Below, in pieces: positions 26,455 through 33,651 of a stretch of DNA of 33,651 nt. Source of the DNA: Halocafeteria seosinensis (lineage: Eukaryota); NCBI GenBank assembly GCA_001687465.1, contig LVLI01000251.1:124001-157651 (forward strand), written 5' to 3'. The first letter of the stretch is position 1. The number at the start of each line of letters is the position of its first letter. A program made the position numbers and the translations under genes. Under the pieces are notes generated by a model. The model searched no databases, had not been told where the DNA came from, and saw nothing but the letters and a program-made list of their open reading frames with translations.

Positions 26455-27624
26455 ATGCATGCCAAACGTGGTACCACCGGTATCCTTCTTGCTGGGTTGG
26501 TGTTGGCAGCATTGCTTCTCCATTTTCAGAACATTGTTGCTCTGATTGGAACAGCTACAACCAGCGAGAAACAAAGGAAAACATCGTCGTTCACTTCCAC
26601 AGCTGCTGCAAGTGACTCTGTGGCTGGGGTCTCAGATATACGCACTGCTGACAATGCGAGTGCCCCCGTGCAAGAAGAGAGTGTCTCTTCCATACGGCGT
26701 CCGCGGGGTAAAGAATACACTGAGCGGCGAGAGCCGCAAGTAAAGGCGTATCACCATGGTACAAGGACGAGCAGGAATGTTTCGGATACTTCGGAGGTCA
26801 GGGCAACAAGGACACTCCAGCGTAATAAAACCACAGCGAATAGTTCAGAAGTTACGATATCGGAAGCTTTACAACAAAAAATACTTACGGTTGTGTCTGG
26901 ATATTTTGAGATGCCTGGGATGCCACACCATCCTGCCAGCTACTTTAAGCGCATCATTCCTGGGACGTTGAGATTCTTGAAGTCAAAGGAGGCGAATGTC
27001 GTATTCTATCACAATTTAAACCTGAGTTCTCACCCTTTGGGAGCAGTGTTTCGCAACAGCGGTGCGGAGCTTCGCAAAGTAGAATTAGAAGATTTACCGG
27101 GAGCCAGGGTATCCTCTCGCCTCAGGGACTTATGTGTACGAGGAGAGACTATAGAGAATACATACAGAGGAAACAAGTGCTATTATCTCCAGAAAAGATT
27201 GAGGCAGTTCGATTCGTACTATCATGTGCTTAGCGTATGGTTTTCCAAATTACCGTTCGTTGACAAAGTGGTGCACGAAAACCCTTTCAAAACCGAATAC
27301 TTTGCATGGTTTGACTGCGGAATCATGAATCGGCTGGGTTCCGAAATGACCCGATATAGGTTGAGTCCAGGCAAGATTCGCACACCTCATAGCAGCAGGC
27401 TCTATGGCCCGAAGAAGCGACAAGTGCCACATAGGATGGGATTAGTTGTAGGTCCAGCAAGAAGACTTACCGCTCTAACCAGACTACATAAGGGAAAGGT
27501 GAAAAAAATTCTCGCAAGAAACGATTCCATGTGCTACGATGAAGAGATTATTCTGGCGGAAGTATTGCGAAGCAACGAGAGCAGAAAAGAAGCAAAGAGC
27601 CTTCTCAGCATTTTCAGAAAGTGA
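26455..27624 (+). CDS. Type II membrane HtrL/YibB (WlaTC)-like glycosyltransferase; intronless
   Basis: N-terminal TM (ILLAGLVLAALLL), Ser/Thr-rich stem, TVVSGYF, YYHVLSVWFSKLPFV..V.ENPFKTEYFAWFDCG, late DEEII motif. Confidence 0.7.
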   Translation: MHAKRGTTGILLAGLVLAALLLHFQNIVALIGTATTSEKQRKTSSFTSTAAASDSVAGVSDIRTADNASAPVQEESVSSIRRPRGKEYTERREPQVKAYHHGTRTSRNVSDTSEVRATRTLQRNKTTANSSEVTISEALQQKILTVVSGYFEMPGMPHHPASYFKRIIPGTLRFLKSKEANVVFYHNLNLSSHPLGAVFRNSGAELRKVELEDLPGARVSSRLRDLCVRGETIENTYRGNKCYYLQKRLRQFDSYYHVLSVWFSKLPFVDKVVHENPFKTEYFAWFDCGIMNRLGSEMTRYRLSPGKIRTPHSSRLYGPKKRQVPHRMGLVVGPARRLTALTRLHKGKVKKILARNDSMCYDEEIILAEVLRSNESRKEAKSLLSIFRK

Positions 27625-29506
27625 GTTAAACGTTTTGTAATTTCAGCTAAGGCGCGTGAATTTTCAGCTGAATCCGCGACTAGGCTGGAAGAATCCTCCC
27701 ATGCATTAAACAGTCAGGATAAATCGGACACAGAGTCATGGACACACATGTAACGCATGTCCGTTGGCAAGCAAAACACTCAAATGAATGTTCTGATTGA
27801 CAGAAACTGCAAGCATACATAGGGTATACGCACCGACTGGTATTCTTTATGTCACACTGGGAACAGAGGTGTACCATTCCTGCTTGCAGCACTGCATTAG
27901 GTTATACGGAATACCCAACGACGGTTGCAAATGGAGTTCCTGCTGCCTGCTGCTGGCTAGTGGTAAAGATAATGCATTGTAGCGTATATTGTAAAGGTAC
28001 TTCTGGTCCCAGATGCCAGCGGTTCTTCGTATTGCCAACTGTAAGGGATGGACTAAGGCGCGACGTGAAGAGAGACATACTCCTTTCTTTTCTTGCAGTC
28101 GATATGCTATGCATACTGGTAGTACCGGTGCGGGTACAATGTATGTATACCAAACGTCATCCTGTCTCTACACTTCTGTATCATGATTACTTGGCATCAT
28201 ACCTATGCACGTACCGAAATAGCCACTATATTCGGTACATGCAGTTTTCTGAAGGATGGATCTGCGTCTGTTCTTGATCTTGTGCTTTATTGTTGCGAAG
28301 ATGAGCTGAATTGAATTGCCGGATTCGGCTATTGCACGAACTTTTCAGCTCCGTTTAAGCGCTACACTTCTGACAGATATCATGATGGTGTCTCCATCAT
28401 GTATCGATAATCACGAAACTGAAGGAGTTCGGAAATTGCGCCACATCTAGCTCGTGATAAAACATTCAATGCGGTTCTCTCTAAATAGAATCGACCAATG
28501 CGGGATACCTCCGATTTCTCTTGCCGTTACTGGAAGTTCTTGTAGCGTTGAAGCACTCGGTAAGCATCCGCGTCTTTAGCCTGCCGTAATTCCAATGCTG
28601 GCCTGTATTGGTTGGAGGAGAACGAAAAGATCCTCTGCCCGGGGTCCGTTTCTCTTTTGATGTGTCAGAAAGTTAAAAGAGATCGGCGCGTCCGTCGACT
28701 AAACAGACCTCGTGATCAACTTATCCCGGTGATGTCGCAACATCGCGAAGGTGTTGTCCGAGGAGTATCATGCATAGCCCAGCATTGCTTCATGGGTCTA
28801 GGAATTGGAGCATCTCCACTCTTCAGGCTCTTGGACCCATGTCTACAGGTTTTAGCTACTGCTAAAGCATTCCTTGACTGTCTTTTGGGCTAGGGTATGG
28901 TGGTCACCAGGTGGTGTGCTATCTCTGTAAAGAGGTACCTTCCCACATGTCCCTCCGTGCTTTGTGTAGCCTTTGTTATACCGGCAGCATGAAGACCCTT
29001 CCCACAGTTACTCAGATTCGTGCCCCAGATGTACTCCATCCTTTGCACAGCGTTGCGAGCTCCTTTGGGGGAAAATAGAGAAATTGGTCAACGAAACCAT
29101 AGGTCTCTCTCGACCCTTGCAATATTTGCTGGAGGAATATTCAAGAGACTTTAAACACTGGATGAGTTCTTGATCTGCTTAACGAGTGTACGTATCGACC
29201 GCGGGCTTTTTGTTTATCCAACTACATTTGGATGACCGTAACTGCAGAGCTTCGACATTTTGAAAGAGCTTAAGTATCTGCTCTGCATCGCACAGCGAGC
29301 TCTGTGCATTCCCCAGGCCCAGGTGTCCATAATAACGACCTTTCGCCTTCTCGGACCATGTTTTTTTTTCATATGTCGGTCGGTATTGACAATGAGAAAA
29401 TCTAGAAGAGTAAGACGGAACAGTTAATCCAAGAATACAATTGGCGCAGCGTTGCAGTACTGAAAGTGAACGAACCGTGTTAACGCTCCAACCACAACTC
29501 TGTAGC

Positions 29507-29524
29507 CACACACACACACACACA
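29507..29524 (+). repeat. (CA)9 microsatellite
   Basis: cacacacacacacacaca read directly. Confidence 0.9.
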
Positions 29525-31275
29525 TGCGACAGATAGCCCGCCGGTCAGAAATTTGCCCGCATCCTCTTAACGAGGAGCGCTATGCGCCCGTGTTGAGCAG
29601 CGACGGGCCCGCTGTTCCTCCAGAATGCTTGAGCATCGTAAAATCTATCTACGGTTCCCACGCAACCACATCTAATGACAAAATGATTCCAAACGTGGGA
29701 AATGTCAGGTTGTATCCAAGTACATGCCGATCCAATATGCTCACAACGACTTCGAACCATGCTTGTCTTTTGGTCCATTTTGAGATTCTGGGTCTACAAG
29801 AAAGCTTCAACACAAAGTGACCACAATGCGAGATATTAGGGCCCAAACATACCAAGCATGCCGACTCAATACTTTCTCAACTTTCACCTTGAAAGGGACA
29901 TTTGCGATTAATCTAGATTCTTAGTTCTTGCCTCTGTGTTCGTCTTCCTTTCCATGAGCTAAACGGGGTAGACAACCGCTCGTTGAGACTGGGCAATCGA
30001 TTCTCCAAGTATCTTCATAACCTTTCACATGGATTCGAGAAGTGATGAGGTGGTTGACCAATGAATCTCTCTGGTAGGTCTTGGAAGGCCTGGAAATTAT
30101 GACCAGTTGCTTCTTAGTACCTAAGTTGCCCCCTTCCTATACCCAATACAGAGTCCAGTCGAGGTAAGCCCTAATACCACTGCGCTACAGCACGCTCGTA
30201 TACAGTGGCGCGTTCACGTTAATGCCAAACGTGTCTTGATGTTTGTGATGAAGTAACGAAGTCAGCGTTCTTGCCGGTCAGATTTATATACCAATATACC
30301 GTCTGTTTCACGAAGTTCGTGTCTCTCTTGGCAAGTTGAACTTTTGCGGCACCATGTTTCACAAAGAACGTGTAATTCCGTTGAAAATGGTTCTTGTTAC
30401 AGGTATTGGTGTACAAATAAGCGTATTGGCCCGAATTCTCATTTGATGCCGTCAAAGTAACCTTGCTATGAGGTACAGAGTGTATTGTACTGTATGTAAC
30501 TCTGCGGCTTGATAACCGGCGGCCAGAGGCCCACGAGGATTCTTCGGACTTTCATTCTATTGAGCTGCAGATCCTCCTTGATGACGGCGTTGAAATCTCT
30601 GATAAAAGATAGGGAACTCTACATCTAGGTCCTTTCGCAACTCATCGTCTCTAGCACTTCTGCAGCTTGGAACGACCGTAGGTTGAATGAAGGCTCTAGT
30701 CACTTCACGTACTTACTCCTGAGTTCTCGTTTGGTGCGCTTTCCGAGGCAGATGCCTATGGATATCCATAGCCTCAGTATAAAAGGGAAGTTCTGCATAT
30801 CTTCCGGGTTTTTTGGATGGATACAATGCGCTGCCTGGGGTGCGCTAGCACTCTGGCAGTTCGTGACGTCCGATAGCAGGCACTTTGTTTGTTAACTTTC
30901 GCAGAACTGAGTCTAATTAAGGCAGTTGTCCTAATGTGTACGCGGTTCTGGGTTATGCTCGCTCTATAGATATATATATGACGTGGCCGCCACAGCGGCG
31001 CCACTGCAGCCACCATGTGAAGTTCAGATTTGCGAACTTCACAAGAGGGCAAGTCACACGTGCGGAAAGCACAGGGGAAGCAAAGGGGACACAAAAATGA
31101 CCCCTGGTGGTTTGAGGAGGCCACAATTTGCCAACATATCCGCCAATATCTCGAAGATGAGACAACGTAATTAACTGAGCTTCAGGAAATCCGCTATTTC
31201 GACTACGCTCTATTTGATGGTATGAACAGAAATCGTCTATCTTCGTTGTGTGAATGTTTCATATTGTTCGTGTAA

Positions 31276-31458
31276 TTAGAATAACACGAACTTCGTGGAA
31301 CAGACTGTAAATCCGAGAAAACCACCTGTGACATCACCAACACCCTTTAAAAACTTATCGGATTGTCCTTGGGCATCCATTTCATCGTGCAACTGACCTA
31401 ATAGTTTCTTGGCTTGTGCTTTACTAACTTTCTTTCCTCTGTTTGTTTTGCCTGCCAT
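31276..31458 (-). CDS. Small basic hypothetical viral protein (possibly truncated at the host junction)
   Basis: 60-aa ORF MAGKTNRGKKVSKAQAKKLLGQL..., starting 9 nt after the upstream stop and preceded by the same TTTTTTCTAAAAAAGAACTATA motif as its neighbours. Confidence 0.6.
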   Translation of the reverse strand: MAGKTNRGKKVSKAQAKKLLGQLHDEMDAQGQSDKFLKGVGDVTGGFLGFTVCSTKFVLF

Positions 31459-31467
31459 TCTTTTATT

Positions 31468-32403
31468 CTATAGTTCTTTTTTAGAAAAAAATGCTTTGAT
31501 GCTACTTTTTAAGAAAAAGAGCACACTGGAGTTTAGAATATGACTTACCAATTCTTGATAGTTCTTTAATTCTTTGAGATTTGGATTCGCAATAATTTGA
31601 TTTAATTCAGTAACTAATTGACCTATTTTATTTGACCAGAAACCGTACGATGTCCAGAGCCATTTCTTAAATCCTTCCAAATTTGTCAAGAACTTCTTAT
31701 TTGTTTTCTTAATCTTATGGTTCTCTAATAAATAGATTAATGTATTCAAACCCTCATTTATTTGGTGGAATGCGCCTAACGGCGGATAGTTAATTATCTC
31801 TAATAATCGGGTTTTCTGCTCTTCAGAGCCGTTCTTTGTAGAAAGTAAGGAATACAGACGCTTAATAGCCTTGTAATATTTGCCTTCAGATAATTTCTCC
31901 TCGTATTCCTTCTGGAGTTCCTGTTCAATATTCTTCTTCTTTGTTTTGTCTCTAACGACAACGTTACTGAACTCATGATAAGAACCTGTCGTTGGTAACC
32001 AACCGACTAAATCAATTTTGAAATCGGCTTCGATTTGGTTAATGGCATCACTTAAATAAACCAAGTTTTTGACGCCACTTTTTTTAAAAGGGCTGAGCAC
32101 CTGATAACCTTGACGAATAGTTGTTCTATTCCACCTCAGTTTTTCACCTTTGTGTGTCCCAGCTTTTACATCACCTAGATAGACGTTTTTCATACGATGA
32201 ATGGTTTCTACTTTCTTTTTCAACATATCAGCTAACATCTGTCCCATATTCTTGTTTTTGGGCACATTTTCCATTACATCAAAATCAGATGTATATCGGA
32301 AGTTCGGGTCAGCTTGCGAACCTAACAATGTCCAATCGTCCGTAAATGTCAATACATCAATGATTTTCTGCTCCTCTCTGGTAAAAAATCTAGACCGTTT
32401 CAT
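31468..32403 (-). CDS. Pol-beta superfamily nucleotidyltransferase-like protein with helical C-terminal domain (virophage 'putative transferase'-like)
   Basis: hG[S]x10DhD motif (G28 S29, D40 D42: LLGSQADPNFRYTSDFDVME), candidate third carboxylate D131 in FKIDLV; DVKAG, LRW, EFSN and GKYYKAIKRLYS motifs. Confidence 0.7.
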   Translation of the reverse strand: MKRSRFFTREEQKIIDVLTFTDDWTLLGSQADPNFRYTSDFDVMENVPKNKNMGQMLADMLKKKVETIHRMKNVYLGDVKAGTHKGEKLRWNRTTIRQGYQVLSPFKKSGVKNLVYLSDAINQIEADFKIDLVGWLPTTGSYHEFSNVVVRDKTKKKNIEQELQKEYEEKLSEGKYYKAIKRLYSLLSTKNGSEEQKTRLLEIINYPPLGAFHQINEGLNTLIYLLENHKIKKTNKKFLTNLEGFKKWLWTSYGFWSNKIGQLVTELNQIIANPNLKELKNYQELVSHILNSSVLFFLKSSIKAFFSKKEL

Positions 32404-32584
32404 ATAGCTCTTTTTTAGAAAAAAGTTCTTTTTTAGAAAAAAAGTAACGTCAAAAAACTCTTTCCGCGTTAGCGTCTTCGAAAGAATGTGCTTTTAAAAA
32501 AAGCACGGCAAAACGTTTGAAGTTATACCCAAACTAGGGGAGTTTTCTTTTTGATGCTACTTTTTCTTCTTAAGAAAAAGAGCT
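32404..32584. repeat. Intergenic repeat unit B: hairpin modules at both ends in inverted orientation plus a 34-bp core
   Basis: Core tttccgcgttagcgtcttcgaaagaatgtgcttt (32461-32494) matches 33251-33284 with one mismatch; ends are agYtcttttttagaaaaaaagtaacgtcaaaaaa and tttttgatgctac...aagaaaaagagct. Confidence 0.9.
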
Positions 32585-33207
32585 ACGTAATCATAAAATG
32601 CTTTACATAACGCAGGTGGAATTGAATGTCTTTTATTTAATGTAGTCCTATCTACTTGACCATTTCCTGTTCTGTGTTGTCCTATTGAAGTAAGATGTTT
32701 TTTCCCTGTTTCATCAGTGGCTGGACAATCATACTTACACATTTTCAGTTCCAAACCTTCAACAGTCCCCCAAAATCTCGTTCTTTTACGGTATTTATAG
32801 CCATATTTACAATAATCTGCTCTCGTGAAAGGGATATTTTTCATAAAATCTTGATTTTTCAGCAATCCAGAATCGGGGTTTTCCATAAACCAAAATTTGG
32901 GTTGAAGGTAAATAATAATTTCCAAAGTTCTTTGAACAATTTTGTTAGCTAATTCTAAATCCCTAGGGCGATGACCCTGTGCCATTGAAACATTTCTCAT
33001 CATGGAATATTCGGTACACGGTGGACTTGCCCATACTACATCAAACTCTTTTGGTTGCCATAAGGATTTGTAATCAAGTTCAAGAATATCTTCACAAATA
33101 GTCGGCTCAGATTTTGAATCACTATCCACGGAAACCACCATCGAACCATTTGGTTCAAATACTTTTCCAATACTTTTTGTTCCACTGAATAGTTCTAATA
33201 GTTTCAT
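32557..33207 (-). CDS. Minimal DNA (cytosine-5) methyltransferase, viral type
   Basis: Motif I LLELFSGT, motif IV WASPPCTEYS with catalytic Cys, motif VI FMENP, motif VIII-like YRKRTRFW, motif X-like SIPPALC; only 216 aa. Confidence 0.92.
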   Translation of the reverse strand: MKLLELFSGTKSIGKVFEPNGSMVVSVDSDSKSEPTICEDILELDYKSLWQPKEFDVVWASPPCTEYSMMRNVSMAQGHRPRDLELANKIVQRTLEIIIYLQPKFWFMENPDSGLLKNQDFMKNIPFTRADYCKYGYKYRKRTRFWGTVEGLELKMCKYDCPATDETGKKHLTSIGQHRTGNGQVDRTTLNKRHSIPPALCKAFYDYVALFLKKKK

Positions 33208-33235
33208 TCTTATATAGCTCTTTCTTAGAAAAAAA
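33208..33235 (-). promoter_or_regulatory. Putative viral promoter motif TTTTTTCTAARAAAGARCTATA (also at 32404-32424 and 31468-31491)
   Basis: The same motif precedes all three ATGs seen in the element, with the TCTA core 18, 12 and 23 nt upstream of the start codon. Confidence 0.55.
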
Positions 33236-33335
33236 GTAGCATCAAAAAAGTTTCCGCGTTAGCGTCTTCAAAAGAATGTGCTTTGGGTATAGCTTCAAAC
33301 GTTTTTGACGCCACTTTTTTTTAAAAAGGGCTATA
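33211..33335. repeat. Intergenic repeat unit C: ~32-bp imperfect terminal inverted repeats around the 34-bp core
   Basis: tatagctctttcttagaaaaaaagtagcatcaaaaaa ... tttttgacgccacttttttttaaaaagggctata. Confidence 0.9.
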
Positions 33336-33651
33336 CCCTGATTTTGTATTCCCTATGTGGGTCATTCGGATGACCAGTTGATGAACAAGCCTTCTTAAAA
33401 TAGTCCCATTGTGCTTCCGTATTATCATCTAGTTCGTCAGTAATATCAGTAATTTCATAATAAAGCGTCTTGCCTACTTGACTTACCTTTTCAATAAAAA
33501 CTGGACGCGGAAGGTTTCCTCCCTCAATAACCGGTGGTTTGCTGAAGGTGATAATATCTTCGATGATGTCCTTATTCACAAACTTGTCTTGGACTATCCA
33601 AATAATAGTCCTACGTAAGCGTTCCAAATCCTCTTGAGATACCCAAATGTG
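33331..33651 (-). CDS. Hypothetical viral protein, C-terminal part (5' end outside the window)
   Basis: Frame stays open to the window edge (HIWVSQEDLERLRRTIIW...REYKIRV*); same strand and composition as neighbouring ORFs. Confidence 0.65.
   Translation of the reverse strand, partial: HIWVSQEDLERLRRTIIWIVQDKFVNKDIIEDIITFSKPPVIEGGNLPRPVFIEKVSQVGKTLYYEITDITDELDDNTEAQWDYFKKACSSTGHPNDPHREYKIRV

Larger units (their letters stand above)
31266..33651 (-). mobile_element. Putative endogenous viral element (virophage/Polinton-like or giant-virus derived), truncated by the window end
   Basis: Abrupt drop in GC; intronless, tightly packed, co-oriented ORFs; viral-type C5 methyltransferase and nucleotidyltransferase; shared AT-rich upstream motif and hairpin repeats. 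No capsid, ATPase or integrase gene inside the window. Confidence 0.75.

Noticed and set aside
32461..33284. 34-bp direct repeats as a CRISPR-like array
   Set aside because: Only two copies 790 bp apart with a whole gene between them; no short regular spacers or cas genes

Overview
This is a compact eukaryotic, protist-like genomic window. Most of it (1 to ~31.3 kb, roughly 45-50% GC by spot counts) carries genes with short GT-AG introns: an atypical mitochondrial 2Fe-2S ferredoxin, a BAR-myotubularin fusion, a GUCD1-like papain-fold protein, a secreted Cys-rich protein, a CrtR-like desaturase/hydroxylase, cyclin C, Sec24 and pyruvate dehydrogenase kinase. Intronless glycan-modifying genes are interspersed: a sulfotransferase, an HtrL/YibB-like glycosyltransferase and a stop-riddled GT2-like pseudogene. 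At ~31.3 kb the sequence switches abruptly to an AT-rich block (25-35% GC in spot counts) of intronless, co-oriented ORFs that runs off the window end: a small basic protein, a Pol-beta-type nucleotidyltransferase, a minimal C5 DNA methyltransferase and a partial ORF. This block looks like an endogenous virophage/PLV or giant-virus-derived segment. Its most striking feature is a ~30-bp hairpin module that brackets the genes in inverted orientation, supplies a TCTA promoter-like motif before each ATG, overlaps or abuts gene ends, and has one codon-aligned copy inside the nucleotidyltransferase ORF. All family assignments are by motif recognition; no searches were run.
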